A stretch of DNA of 64,000 nucleotides from positions 4,898,001 to 4,962,000 of the forward strand of contig JAYWIR010000002.1 in assembly GCA_036172245.1 (NCBI GenBank), in the 5' to 3' direction. Below the pieces are notes generated by a model. That model ran no database searches. It saw nothing but the letters and a program-made list of their open reading frames with translations, and was not told the DNA's origin. Of this stretch, positions 28,950 to 42,949 are shown one piece after another (the stretch's first letter is position 1; every line of letters begins with the position of its first letter). This DNA comes from Raillietiella orientalis (Eukaryota). The translations under genes and the position numbers were made by a program.

Positions 28950-29580
28950 CCAATGTTACGCTTCCATTGCGCACTCCTTCCAGGTAGAACTCTCAAGCTG
29001 AAAGTGTCGGGGGAAGAGCTAAAAGGGCTTTTCGTCGATTTGGAGTGCGGACCCGTTGGTAGACGTGACCTGCAAAAAAGCAGGTCTGGCTCAATACGCC
29101 GATATGTGGACAGTCTGTGTGCGTCCACTGAAGCGAGACGCCTCTTAAAGCGTCCCGCTTTGCCTCAGTGGCTACAGACTGAGGCCCCTGAAGAGGGGAT
29201 GTCACCTGCCACTCCGTGCCACAAGTGCAACAAGTTGGTGTGTCCTCTTTTTCGGGAACATGCGGGGGAATTCTGTCGCGAAAACAAACAGAAGCAAAGT
29301 GCACGCGCAAAATCCCCCCTCCCCCCTTTTTTTTTTCCAAAAAGAAAAAAAAATAACAGAATTATCGTTGGGGTCGGAAACAGAAAAGCCCGAGATAGCT
29401 GTGGAAGGTGCTGCCTGGGTGGAAATGATAATCCAAAGAACGCACAAGAAAACAGCATGAAAAAAAAAAGGACAACTGTAGCATGGCCACGATACCGCGG
29501 ATACAGCAGAGGACTGCGAGCAATGCGGCTGGAGGCAGTGCGACACGCGCAAAGAGGAGTCTGAAAATGCCCTTGGGGTT
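28950..29580 (+). mobile_element. Gypsy-like gag-region relic, inverted relative to the 32.3-kb copy
   Basis: 29480-29580 is the reverse-complement homolog of 32240-32345 (AALLAVLCCIRGIVA vs AASLAALCCLRGIVA). Cys-rich remnants CHKCNKL and CGRCCLGG. Confidence 0.5.
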
Positions 29581-29599
29581 GCCTATTGGGGATCCTAGG

Positions 29600-30900
29600 G
29601 TCGCCGCGAGGCGATACCAAAGGGGTGAGGAGGTAGCACCGTCCCACAGCGGATGCTGGAGAGTCACCCTCTCCCTGCACCTGTCATAGTTTCCGTCCAC
29701 GCTCCCCCATGTCCAGTGGTGAAGACGCGCTTGCACGAGATTCCCCCATGCAACACTAGCAACGTCGACTCCTACCGCTTGAGGGAGAGGTGGCCACTGT
29801 TCCAGCTCCCTGGAAGTCAGTTCACCTCCTCCGGAGGGATTTCGAGCAGCTCGCCCCAGCGTAGAAGCCCTTGGGGTGGGACACTCGGGGTCACAGCTGT
29901 CCATCACTTCCCGAGTTGCCCATGCCCCCAGAATTTTCTTCTCTACTGCTATGCAGCAAGTCACTTCGCACCCTGCCGGTATTACTCTGTCCCTTGCATC
30001 TTTTAGGTGGGGCAGCACTGGTTTAAGGGGGATGGACAGGGCCCAGAGTTGATGGAAATCCTTTTGGGTTCTTTTATTCTCTCTGCTTTGCTTCCAGCTT
30101 TTTTTTTTGGTTCTCCAAGTGCTGAGGAACCGCTCATCTCCTTAGGGGGGCCTCACAAGACTCTTCAAAACTGTCCATGCCACCCTAGAGACCACCTTAT
30201 GAATCCAGGAAGGTCTCCGGAAGAAGGAGTCCGTTCCTCTTACGCTTGGTAGGGAAACCGAAAGCAACCTCTTCCTGATTCTCTCCAGAGGATTCCCCCA
30301 AGGGGGACACTACTCATTTCTTATCCAAAAGGAACCCGGAAAGGACTGCTCCCTGTGTTCTCCTCTGAAGAGAACTCCGAAGGGAGCTTCCCACTTCTTC
30401 TGAAGGGCGCTCCCCGAAGGAAGCAGCGCGCTTCTTACATTCTGGAGAGGCAAGCCCCCGGGGAGATGCCAACCAGCTCCATGGAACGGCTCCATTTGCA
30501 CAACCGGAGGAGAGTACCTAAGGGAACCGGCTCCTTGATTCCTGGAGGGACCCAGGAGGGTTGACTTCCAACCCCGGAGGCCAGTCAACGGGACATCCGG
30601 AAGTTTCCGACTTCCACCAGTGCCGTACTCGACAGGGATGCCATCTATTTTGCTATCCTCTTCATGAGGACAACGTCAAGATGGCTCCATCTGGGAACCA
30701 TAAAACAGGAACTTGCTGGGATCCTTACAAGGATGCAGAGGACGCCCTCCAGCACACAGTGATCCCTCCCGAATCCCCCCATTTTTTTGATTGTATGTTT
30801 TTTGTTTTATCCTTTTTGTTTGTCTCTTCCCCTGTGCTGCCGAGGCGAACCCCGCTGGTCTGTGTGCCAGTTCCCAGCAGATCCTTCTCGTAGTTATAAG
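29600..30900 (-). mobile_element. Decayed Ty3/Gypsy gag-protease-preRT relic containing family A copy 2 (30040-30620)
   Basis: Degenerate zinc knuckle REGSLCAGGRPLHPCKDPSKFL (30690-30770), homologous to 32420-32510. 30040-30620 aligns with 59700-60350. Downstream RVIPAGCEV and ELTSRELEQW resemble the Gypsy pre-RT region. Confidence 0.55.
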
Positions 30901-31019
30901 CAACGTGACAGGATCAAATGTTCTGCCACAGACGCGTATGTTTATTTTTTTATAAACAAACGCCTCGGTGTGACCAGGTGTTAACCAGACCCGCACTTGA
31001 ATTGGACAACCGAAGCCAT

Positions 31020-32700
31020 CCTATGGGGGAAGAGGGGAGGATTCAAAACCCATGGAGCACCTCTCGTTCTCGGCGTCGACCTTTCCTTGGGCGAGATTAG
31101 AACCCGCAACGCTTGTTGCCACGCGCAGAGACCGCAGCCACACGACTGCCATCGCGGGCACATTCTCCGGGGGACTGGCTTTTGAGTCAGCAGAGCGAAG
31201 CAGACGATTGTTCCTGTTGGTACAGCCTGAGCTGGCGTCAGTCAGACTGGATTCCCCTGGCAGACATCTCAAGCACCTCGGTATCCCAGCAATCCGAAGG
31301 CAGGCCGGGGGGTGCAAGTCACTCGCCTCGCACCTTCCGAGCCGGTTCTTGGGGGTCCACCATGCAAGACGAATTCTCTCTCTGGGAAGTTCCATCCTGC
31401 ACGGAGCGTGGGACGCGATGCCGGGGGCTCAAGCAAGAAGGATACCTCACGAGCAGCATGAATGCCGCGTCCCGACTTGGATCTCGCTCTGGACGTCGGA
31501 ACGGCAAAAAAGCAAGCGACCATCAGGCAGGAGAGCTGCAGTGTCTCCCTCCTCGATCCCAGCTTCTGCGCCGGAGAGCTGCAGTGTCGACTGTCTGCAG
31601 GAAGCGGACACCTCTTCTTCCCCGTGAAGGAAAGTTTCAGATGGAGCCAGGCAGCCTCCTGCTTCCCTTCGCTCTCACACGTGTGACGCTCTCACACGTG
31701 TCGCGCAGCCAGTCTCGAGTACGCCGACCATGGTGTGGTCTAAGTAGCTGCGCCAAAGGCACGCCTTTTTCAAGTGCCTCCTTTCTCCTTACTACGATGT
31801 TCCCAAGAGAAGGGGTGCCTGGCTTCAGGAGACGGTTCGCGCGTGGGCGGGGATCAACGATCTGAACGAGTCATCACAGCGATTGCAGTGACCCTTTTGC
31901 AGCTGTTTCCAGCTCCAGAAGACCACCCGTTCGTTCCGTGAGGAGTGCGTGGGCAGAAAAAACCTCCCTTGCCGTAGTGCTGCTCTCCCTGAGTGCTTGG
32001 GCAGTAGCCTGCCGGGAAGATCAGAGGTCTCCTGCGAATCAACTCCAGGTGCAAGGATTTAGGTGGTTGGGCCTCGGGGTGAGCTGCTGGAGATTCTCCG
32101 CGAAGATCTAACGTGGCCCCCGATGTTCTTGCACAATCACACCTTCCCTCTCAAGTGGCAGGAGTCGGTGCTTCTGACGTTGCACTGGAGTCTTCTCGCA
32201 ACACTTGCCGCCATTATTGGTCACTGGGGGGTGGGGTGGGACCCCAGAAACGTTTTTTAAGCACCTCTTGTACGCAATGCATTACCGCTCCAGCCGCATC
32301 CCTAGCTGCTCTTTGCTGCCTTCGTGGGATTGTGGCTGCCTGGAGCGCCGCCGAAGGAGGCGAGGACGATAGGGAATCAATCCTATCCACTTCGCCATCC
32401 GCTTCCTGAGGATGACGAGATGGCCCCATCTGGGAAGCACGGAGACAGAAATTGCCGGCATCCTTGGAAGATGCGAAGGACGCCCCCTCCGGCAGAACGT
32501 GATTCCTTCCCGAGAGCACCAACTTTTTTTTCTATTTCTTTTAATCCTTGATTCTTTCCATTTCTTTTCGTTTTTGTTTGCTTTCCTCCCCTCTGCTGCC
32601 AGGCGATCCTCCGGCATCCAGCGGTCTCGCGGTCCAGTACTGCCGAGAGTCCTACCACTTACTTTACCGCCCTTGTATATTTACTGAATGCAATGAACGC
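31020..32700 (-). mobile_element. Decayed Ty3/Gypsy element: gag knuckle, RT and RNase H relics
   Basis: In order on the minus strand: ITFCRRGRPSHLPR (knuckle-like); AGYCPSTQGEQHYGKGGFFCP..SSGAGNS (like SGYxQ..KTAF.TP..PFGLxNA); SYLDHTMV with YLDHTMV at 31726-31746 (YxDD-like); ERREAGGCLAP; LTDAS at 31231-31245 and AMAVVW (RNase H). Confidence 0.6.
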
Positions 32701-35700
32701 ATGTGCACACAGTGCCTGCATACATTCTTCCGTACTACAGGTACACCTCAAGGCCTCTCACCTGTAGTTTGTGAAGGAGAGTCACCCTTTCCAACACCAA
32801 CACAAGGCAGGCTGGGATGAGTACACCGTGCAAATTTTCACAGCTCTTCACATCGTTTAGGCTGGCTTCCCAGACTCGTGAACTGCAGGATCAGCTTTGG
32901 GAGTCTCGCTGATGTGACGGTTAGTGATACTCAGGGTGATCTCACTGAGATGAACCATCAACAGAGGGGTCCTCAGCTACCATCAGAAACTGCCGACTTC
33001 TGATGCTGAGAGGGCTCTGCATAAGCGCTGCACAAGAGCTGCGTCTCTGCACGCAAGCTCCCAGACGCCTCCCATGCTTAAAGTCGTGTGGGACTCGCGA
33101 ATCCTTCTCCCTGTACCTCAACTCTGCTGGACTGATGGCTCAACTCACGAGCAGCGCTCCGTCACCCGAGGTGATTGGCCTTGCAGTGGAGTGCGGGACT
33201 TGTTCTCGGATCCAACTCTTAGGCGATTTATCTTGCTTTATCTTTTATCGGGGCTTCATACGCTTGTATTTCCGCACTCCCTAGGGTACTCTGTGAACTT
33301 CAGATTCAACCTCCACATCTCGGCAGATCTTCTCGGGGTTTGTTTCGGAGAGATTTGTTGCCAGCGTGTTCTCATACATTCAGGAGGCAGGTCCCTGCTG
33401 TACAACTTCTTGGCTGGGGAGCGATTCATAATGGAGCCGACTCACACGAGGGAAAAAAGAGAAAAAAATGCTCTCCTGTTGAGACACTGTCATTGAACAT
33501 GGCATTCTCTGCAAAACTCTCTGGAAGTTTTCGATCCTTCAGAGGTGATTCTCTCAGTCGCTTGCTCCGTGAGTGATTCCTTCTGATTCTCGGAAGCGAC
33601 AAAAAAATTAGATCCGTCCTCTCAGCACAACGGAACTGCAATCATTTTCTCTTCTGTGGTCGGTACAGCCGGAGATTCCTTCGAACCTTCAGCTTAATTG
33701 ATTTTTTTTACGATTTACTGAGAACTCAGTTCGGTAAATTCTACTAGCTGAATGTTATCAGTGTGTTGCAACAGCAACCCATCCCTCTCATAGAACAGCC
33801 TGCCTTCGAAATGGGTACTCTGTTTGAAACTACATGAAGTGTAAACAGTTTTCCCTAAAATAGGCAACTGCAAAATCGAAAAATAGGATTAGACACACTA
33901 ATGGAAATCTTCACAAACTCTGTATTGCTGGCCCATGAATCCGGCCGGCAGTGCATGAGGGAAATCAGTTTATACATGAAAAGTTTCTCTAGAAATTCTG
34001 CGATGCATTTCTAATCAACCATAATAGTATACGATGATTTAGCAAAAATGATTTGGTATACGCCTGGGCTATACTCTTACTATATCTTTGGTTTGATTAG
34101 CTTTACTGGGATGTATGTTATGGGAAGCATGATTAACGCCATGAACACGTTACAAACACACGATAATAGTGTAGCAACAATGTCATGTTTATTTGAATTG
34201 ATTATAATTTATTTGTTATCATGCTTGAATGAATATTTTTACAACTTCGCAAGATGTGATTCTGCACATACAAATAATATATGCGCTCGTTTTTAAGAGG
34301 AATACGTTGTGAATGAGAAAGCTTAATCATCTGAAAACTTACCATAATGCAAGGCAACTCATTGCCAAGATTTCGTTTCTGGTTCTAACTTTGCTCAATG
34401 GGTTTCGGTTCATATTTTAAGAACGTAAACGTATGCCTCACGAGGGAATTCAATAAGAGTAGCTTTTTTTCCTTTTTTCTATCCCTTCTATTCGTTTGAT
34501 GCCCAGCACCGACAGGGGCGAGGCAACTCGACAGTTGGGCCCGCGAAATCGCAGGGCATTCACACAATGTATGCGTGTGAGTGAGTGTACATTTGAAAAC
34601 TGGCATCCGCTGTCCACAAAACTGGGTTCCTTGGTACACTTTTCGAGAAGGATGGCAAACGTGCGGGGGAAACGGGGTTGTCGTCTCCTCGGCTCCATGT
34701 TAGAGAATACGTTACGGGGGCTTTGATTCCCGTTTAAGTATTGCTGAAGGTTGTTCGTCCGCTCCTCTTCGGTAACTGACTTTTACCCTGTTTTCCACCA
34801 AGCATTTATGTCCGTCCGTGCACCTGGGAAGTCTGTGGTTATAACAGTGCGCGACGACGACGCCCTCGGATCCGAATCCATGGACATACGCCTGTTGTTA
34901 ACCACCGACCTTATGCTGGGCAAATTTTTTTCACGTATAGGAAAACGCAACTGGCATCAATGACGTTCGTGGTCAAAATGCCAACTATGTAAGAAAAAAT
35001 AAAAATAAACCAAATCGGCAAATTAACAGATGAATCCGTGTTGAACGCGTTTCAACATCAATCAGAAATCAGTTCGTCGTCACACGAGACAAGATTTTTA
35101 TTTGTTTAAAATCTTTCCATCTTTCATTCTTCAGTTTTTCCATTTGTAAACTTCTAATGCTTTCATTTTATCAGTTTTTCAGAATTTCACATCAAATGTG
35201 CTGCCCATTGCACAGAAAAGAAATCACCAGACTTCCTATCACAATGCTTATGATACATATTCCAAGTCTCCCATGTCATTTCATTCTGCAAGTGCTTCTT
35301 ACATACTTCTCAATGTGTAAAGAGTTTTTGATCTCATGGTTGAAGTTATTTAGTGGCATCAAAACATTCTTTTGGACTATATTCTTCCAACCACATTTCA
35401 CATCATTTTCCATCAGATGTACTTACCAGTACATTTACCAATCTTGCTGCATTTGTCACTGAACATTGGTTAAATAACTGATCTGAATACTCAAATAAAA
35501 ATTCTAAAGATCAATCTTCAACATGTTTGTACATGTCAACCTCATATCATCTTGAAAATATATGCTACCATCTGTGGCTAATTCATAACTTGATTGAAAG
35601 TCAGTCACAGCACAAGTTTAAAAGAATGATAACTTCCGCGGACTTGTATAAAAATTCAAAACTTCAACAACAGAATGCAAACAGCTTTTAAATACTACAG

Positions 35701-35776
35701 TACTTTTAAATCCAACACACAAGAGTTGCGATTTTCTTCCCATTAGCAAGAACTTTGCACTCCTTAGGACATGTAT

Positions 35777-37182
35777 TCAAATCAAATTGGAATTAGTCAC
35801 AGGAGCCTCAATACGCAGCATCTATAATAGTTGTCTATTAATGAATTATCATGATGAACATACCTTTTCTGTGAGTATGAAACGTGCATTGCAAGATTCT
35901 GGACAAACTTGGTAAGGCAACATTACATCCAGAAGATAACCCAAACCATGCAAAACTAGTCTTTCACAGTTTATTTCCAATTGGAGTTCTTCAGCTGATC
36001 TCTGAAAAGATTTGCTACAACACTAGTTTCTGACTCACTATTTCTGGAAGGTACACTTCTACCAACATGTGCTTAACTCCTCCTTCCACTGGAAACCTTA
36101 AAATCCTATGCTTTGGAACTACAGGTCTCTGTGGAAGAGCTGGTGAGAATATTTCCTGGATAAGAGGACTGTGTCTACTTTCAATAGGTTTGGCTGGAAT
36201 GCCATCACCTAATTCTTGAATCAATCTATTCTGTATGTGCTGCTCTTGTGGATTACCAATATATTTACGATTCTTGAGAACAACCCATTCTGTGAAAAAA
36301 GATAAACAGTATGCCAATATGTCCAACTTTTCCGTATTTAACCTTCCCCATCAGCAGGTCCATTCTTGTACTTCTCATCAACTGCCTGCAAACTGGCTCC
36401 CACAACAAAAGAACAAAACAACTTACTCTTCCTGATCTTGTCCAGGAATTCTGGATTGATAATAATGTCATGCACAGTGCATGACACTCCACCTGGTAGC
36501 TAATGATAAAAACTTTTATGCAGGCAACATAAATACCTTTATCTCTTTCTGTACGGGGTTCTCCTACAGATAAAGGTATTTTGTAAGGAGGCTCATCATA
36601 TTTTTCTAACAACTCTGTTAACTCTTCCTCTGTGATGTCCTTTGGTGGAGGTACCTGAGGGGCTTGGCATATGTTTAGAAATAGCTTCTGATTTTTCTTA
36701 TCACGAGTCTTTACACAAAATCCTGGAAAGAGCTTTCAGTGTAATTACACAAATTGTGAGTTTACCAGGAGTAGGAAGTATACGTAAACTGCTTGGCTGC
36801 CAATTGACAGTTCCCTCTGGAGGCACGATCAAAGAATCTCTGGCAGGCTCCTGGAAAGAAATTGTATTTACTCCTTTTGGCTTCAAAAAACAGAATTACT
36901 AAGGATATTTTAAAATTAAATCAGCATTGATTTGTAATGGAATTGTGTATGAGTTACACAAGTATAAAATAAATTCCATATGCATCCTCAAACATAGCTG
37001 TTAGGCATTTTTTTTTCAAATAGGCACCTAACAAAAATAACTATTCAACGGAATTGCTGACACAAAAAAAAATTAATCACATATTCAAATTGCATTCATG
37101 TTCACAGAAATGTTACCGTCAGTAACAGTGATTTTTCCAAAATAGTTTCATCGATCTCCAGGAAGTGCTTCCTTTCTTTCAT
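35777..37182 (-). CDS. PIH1D1: PIH1 domain-containing protein 1 (R2TP co-chaperone)
   Basis: Exon 1 at 37182-37117 (MKERKHFLEIDETILEKSLLLT) splices to 36850. Then ILPTPGFCVKTRD..KLFLNICQAPQVPPPKDITEEEL..YKIPLSVGEPRTERDK..CTVHDIIINPEF..WVVLKNRKYIG..LIQEL and a C-terminal CS-like domain. GT-AG introns include 37 nt (36038-36002) and 42 nt; TGA at 35779-35777. Confidence 0.92.
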
Positions 37183-38999
37183 TGTATGAATTATATTAAC
37201 TTAGGATTCCGGACACCTTGCAGCGGTGTTCTATCAAAATGCTCTATAGGAGTCTGAATCTTAAGCAGGGCTACCTGATTGAACAGTTTATAACAACTGA
37301 TTTGCACAACTAAATCCATTCATATGTTGTTGAGTTTTTTCGGTAATAAATAAAATTATAAACACGCAGATGAGCACAAACGTGGTATTTATTAGTTTCC
37401 ACTACCATACAATGTTTCTCATAAGATTAAGTTTTAGAGCAGTTTTGATTAGTTTCGGCATTTTTCTCGGAATTTACACTTTAGAGATTAACGGAGTCCA
37501 TTACCATAACCCAGGGGGAATTGATATTCACTGTTTGTGAAGCACAGCACATTCGAAAATACAAACCAACCTTTCATGTCAATGTTTTCACTCGATAAAC
37601 TGGCTAGTTCTGTTCGATGGGTTTTCATCGCAAGGACAATGTAACAATCTTATACGAAATACCTAATTTCATTCAGCGACTGTATTTCTCGGGGGAATGT
37701 GCAAATCAAATTATATAAAATCTACCAAAGAGCAGTTAATAATTTAATAAAACTACTCAATTCAGTTATCACGGCAACAACCCTACACTACATAGAGCGT
37801 TTCTACATTGCACATACCATTGGGCACGGATCAAAAAGCAGATGATAACTGTAAAGTCAACGAGACTGTAGTTATTGGGGTATTACTCGATAAAATTGAG
37901 AAAATTACAATTACAATAACGATCATTTTGTTATATTTGATCACATCTTTCCTATGTCTACGAGGAACACCAAAGCATTAAATGATGAATACAGTATCCC
38001 GTTTAATTTACCTAAAATATTTTCATTTCTTAATTAGCATATCCAATGATGGCCGTAATTTCATGATCAAAATAAGTTGCTGAAACATGAAAAAAAAATC
38101 GAAAAGTGGATAGTTGGTTTATTTTTTTAAGTATCATAGCAGTTTCATTCAAATATCTGAAAAGCTGTATTGTTTTAATATCTTCATTTTATTATTTATG
38201 TGATTATCAGTTTGGTTAACTAACACCTATTTCATAATTTTGATTATTCACTGATACTCGTTTGTATTAATCATACAATGCTACTAGAAAACATTTCAAT
38301 CATTTGCATATTCCTTGGATAATACCCACTCATTATAGCTTTTGGCAATTGCTCTTTGATTTTCTGCACGAAGATGCAATTAGTGAAACCTGTTTAATGA
38401 TTATATGTCTGACTTTCAGAAGTCAATGTACACTATATCACAAGCACCATAATGCTAGTGTCATACTAGGGATTAAGTATTAACATAACGATTTTTTAGG
38501 AATGGCTGGTTTGGTAACCGTACGATTAGAAAATTTTATATCTGAGATTCAGTTTGATGCTTCCGTGAAATGCTCAATTGAATCTACCGAAGTGAATCTC
38601 AAGTACTGATTCAAATCAAAAGTGCTGCAAAACACCTGAGGTCTGAAAGGGGATCTCTCAGAAACAGAAAATGAAGAGGAACATTGTGATCTCACTTTCT
38701 GATTTTCCATGTTCATAGAGAACATGCAACCATTCTCAGGTTTCCACCTCAGAGGAGGAGGATCAAATAAACCATGAAAAAAAAAAAAAAAAACAATAAT
38801 AAGCATATGATTCTACTGATGAAAACGATGGACCTTTCAGATTTTATTCTGTGTCTCAAAAACCTAATGAAATTCTCGAATCTGACGTCCTTCCTCACGC
38901 ATAGTAATACAGCAACGTACAAGGAAGATGAATCCGTAGACAGTGATGATTTTTTCACCATAGCTCTATCCTCTGACTTTTTATTTCGTACTTCTATGC

Positions 39000-41900
39000 T
39001 CCTAGCATCCCCATTTGGGCCTACACATTTGTCTCCATCCACCAAATTCCCATTCGACATCTTTTCGTAAAAATAATGCGTGCTGGGCATGATTTGAAGA
39101 AGGTTAGATCGCGCAAATTTTTGTTCGATTTTATATGCTTCTTTTTCCACATTGCAACCTTCTTTATACCCTTCTGGAGAATAGGATGATCCCGCTCGCG
39201 TAATACCCTTGTCTTTACTTGCGACTCCCAACTAATCATCAACGAACATCGGAATGCTCACAGCCACACAGTAAACGTTCAAGAATTCGCTTCATATTAA
39301 GAAATAAAACAGAAAATGCAAGGATTCTGTTAATCATCTAGTAACGCTATTCCCTGCTGCTAGCTCTTGGAATTTCTTGCAACGTATTACGTGCAGCGAT
39401 AGCACCGGCAAAATTGGACTTTAAAGGAGAAAACACTATTTGTCCCGCAGCTTGAGGGAATTCTAACTACACAGGGAGACACATTTTTCGAGACAACATA
39501 CTCACAAGAGATAGACAAGAAACAATTTCTTTGGAAAGAGCAGGTAGTATAGAAAAGGGAAGTAAAGCAGTTAGTTGAGGAACAACAAAGACAGATCTAT
39601 ACATGCAGAGAGTGAGTATGTTTGGAGTGTTTTTGTTTATAGTGTGCACTAATCTATGCAGCTCTTGAGAAATTTCCTGTTCAGAAGACATGGGTTCACC
39701 GCGTAGCTGTCAGCACCGATGCCAATGTGTAGACATGGATGGATTTCATGCTATACTTTATCGCGTACTAACCGGGAGCGTACGTTAAATGCCCGAAGAC
39801 CGCAAGGTATAACTCTGTGGTGCTCCAGGTTGCCCTGTGGCTGCCAGGCCAAAAGCAACATTGTAAAGCAAATGCAGTAAGTCTGCAAATTACATATTTC
39901 TACATTTGTTCGATCGTTTTAGATAATGTGCAACCACCCCTAGCAACACAAAATCCAGTCTTGTGCAACCTCGTGCCCTATGATTCAAGAAATTCCAGAA
40001 ACCATTGAGTTTTGCATTCAAGGCGATGAATCTGTGGTTTCTCTTCTCTTCAGGAAACGCTTCTGTCCATTTGCACCAGGGTCACTTTTCCATTGTGGTT
40101 AAAAGCAGCGCATCCGGCATCCCATAGGTGTTCAAAGGTCCTCCGATTTTCATCCCTTTGATTCTGGAAAACTTGGAATTTTCAAGCGAAATGAATGTTG
40201 TCAGTGGCTTTGAATCCTTCATAAATGTGCACGTAGGTACGCTCCCACCTATCTGGTAACACTTCTGGTGACGCATGTCTCAGATCCTCAGGGGAACACA
40301 ATGGGAAAGGCTGCTATCAGCTACTGCCAGAAGAATTCGTTTTTCTCCTGGAGGCACGATTTTATCGGCATTTAAAGAACCACTTGAAAGCATTTCTTTT
40401 CAACCTTTAACCCTCTCCCCATTTCCTTAAGCGGATTCCATAATCTTTCGATGGTGGTGGGAAACAACAAATCGAACGTGATGCTTCCTTGGTTCCAACC
40501 AAATCATTCTCTGGAGAGGAAACCTTCGTTCCATCCTGGACTGTTTTGACAGGCGTACATGACCAGTTTACAAGGCGAGAGTTTTCCTCTGTTTCCATCC
40601 GGCTTTCTTGTTACCAAATTCTCCAACATACAGGGGGAAAAGCGCTTCTTTGGGCTTTCCCCCAGTAACCTTGGTCTCCTGCTTTCGCCTACGTCACTTA
40701 TGAGCTCGCTTGGGCATTATGAAAACAAAGAGATGGAGGTAAAAATAGTTCAACAGAATGGCGCGGGCGGCCTAAATTCTTGACCACCTTTTATTCCGTG
40801 ATGCTTGCGGAATTCAGTAGGCGAGGACAGCAACACCCTGGAAGTCTTTTATCTAGAACAATAGGAACATCTTGACTTTCGAGAGCTGGAAAGGAAAGAC
40901 GAAATGGAATCTCGTGTGCAGCGTTTTCCGTCTGAAGTATTCAGGCATCTCCCCCCCCTTCCTCCCCTAATCTGGAGAACGCGGCGCCCTGGCTGGCCTG
41001 GAAAACGGAGAGGAAGGAAAATGGAGCACGTAAATAAGATGCAAAGTAGAAGCATTTCGGTCTTGCCTCGTCAACCACCTCCCAGCCAACTTTAAGGCTT
41101 CCCACAGAAGAAGCAGATCTGCTACGGGTGTCCGTTCGGAGACCTACATCCGGGTCTTCCTATGGCACCTATATTTCCGACCAAATTTCTTAAGCAACCC
41201 CATCCATAGATTGATGTAGCGTTTGCCCTTTGAGCCGTCCTCTAGAGGCTGCTGAAGTTCCTTCGATGTGTGATGCAGTCGCACGGGAAAACACAACGAC
41301 TCATCTCTTCAAAGGTCTCTACAGACTTATCCGTTTGAAGCTGAAGATACCTCCTTGTAATTGAAGCTCCGAGAAAGTCACCGGTGGATGTATCTGTTTC
41401 CTAAGAAACAATCGCTTCTGACTGCTTCTTTCCCTCTCTTTCTTTCCAAGTAGCATGCTAACCACCCCGTTTCCTCAAGATTCGTGGTGCAGATTTTCAA
41501 AAAGCTGCAGCGCTCCCTCCATGAGCAAGTGTAAACGTTGGTTACGTGATCTCCCAGGTCTGACGGGTAACACGAAACAGACGGAGTCGCGATGGGACTC
41601 AAGGTACTGATTCCTGCAAGAAACTGAGCTCGAACCTGAACTGGATGTCCAAACGCCTTCAGAGTCATCGTTGCTGGGAGACGTTCGAACTGAAGGAGCA
41701 CGGAGGCGATGCGAAGTGATACCAGAAGCACCAGAGAAACATGCTGTGGCTTCAATGTTGCCGCGTGCAGTCGCTGGACCACCGTCCTCGCAGAACGGCC
41801 CTCAGGAAACCCTTGTCCCGAAACACAGGCGCAGCAACCTGTTTACAAATGGTTCTTCCTCTAAGGTACCGGCAGAAGTGGACGATTCCCTCCACGATGA

Positions 41901-42600
41901 TTTCCCTCTTGCTCACTGCATCCCGTTCCCGTACTCCCACCCGCCCCTGGGGATCATCTTCGATACGTCACCGACCTGTCCTCCAAGATGCTTCACGGAA
42001 ACGAGCTGCGGTGTCGGTTTCCTGGTCACAGCGAGAGGATGAGGTGACCAGTGACGACGCGAAAGTCGATGAACCAAGATTCATCCCTGGCTTGGTAGCT
42101 CACTCCCTCCAGGGAGTACCTCAGGTGTGTGACGGGTGCAGTTCGGCATTCTTTTTCGAGAACAAGAAGCCTCCGAGACAGCAAACGAGGAACGGTCATG
42201 TGAACCAAGTCTATGGCTCTCTATGAGTCATTCATAACCGAACCATGGCGAAATTTCGTGAAGGTGGGTTGCAGAAGGAGAGAACCAAGGAAGAAAATTT
42301 GGATGTTTGCTTGGTGCGCAGCGTCGGCAGACGAGTAGCAGAGGCCACGAAAGAACCCGCAGACCCAAACGGCGAGACTTGGGGAAGCAGGACATTCCGG
42401 GATCACATCCCAGGGCTTTCCAGGCAAAGCTTGGAGACTGATGGAAGGTCAATTTCATCATCATCTCGTTCCAAGCACCATTCGACTAGGCGCCACCTCC
42501 AAACGGACCACCAAGCATCCCATGGAACGGCAAGAGCAAACAGACAAAAGAAGTTGCAGCTTCTGCATCCTGGTGCCCCTTCCGTTCATGAATTTCTTTC
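39000..42600 (-). mobile_element. Ancient Ty3/Gypsy pol fossil (RT-connection, RNase H, integrase)
   Basis: Colinear on the minus strand: APVTHLRYSLEGVSYQ..LILSL (connection); REIIVEGIVHFCRYLRG at 41857-41907 (RNase H ELLAIVxxxxHFRxYLxG); KIVPPGEKRILL..FSRIKGMKIGGPL..KWTEAFP (40370-40052, integrase); AWQPQGN (about 39830-39850). The RH-before-IN order indicates Gypsy. Confidence 0.6.
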
Positions 42601-42949
42601 TTTCTTTTTTTTTTTCTTTTCTTTTCCTTTTGCATTCATTTCTTCGCCATTTCCAGACACCACTGACCATAGCCCGGAACCTAAGTTTCGTCTGCACACG
42701 GGTCCAACGGAGCGCGAGAACGCGGACGAGGAGAGGACCTTTCATCCCGGCATGCGAGCGGAAACGACTCGGCCCTACGAGCGGAGCTTTCGTTCGCCCG
42801 GTTTCCGAGCAGCGGCGTGAGGAGGCGCTGGGGAGATCCGTCCGAGAGGCAGCTTCCTGGCCCCGCCGCAGCTCACCTCGGTCCAGTCATCCCGCCAGCG
42901 CTCGCAGACGCGAAGCGAAACGAGGCAAAGCAGACGAGGAGGGCAGGAG

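Noticed and set aside
31672..31702. Short tandem duplication ctctcacacgtgt (others at 16923-16945 and 10281-10310)
   Set aside because: Two-unit slippage duplications with no array or spacers; not CRISPR-like.
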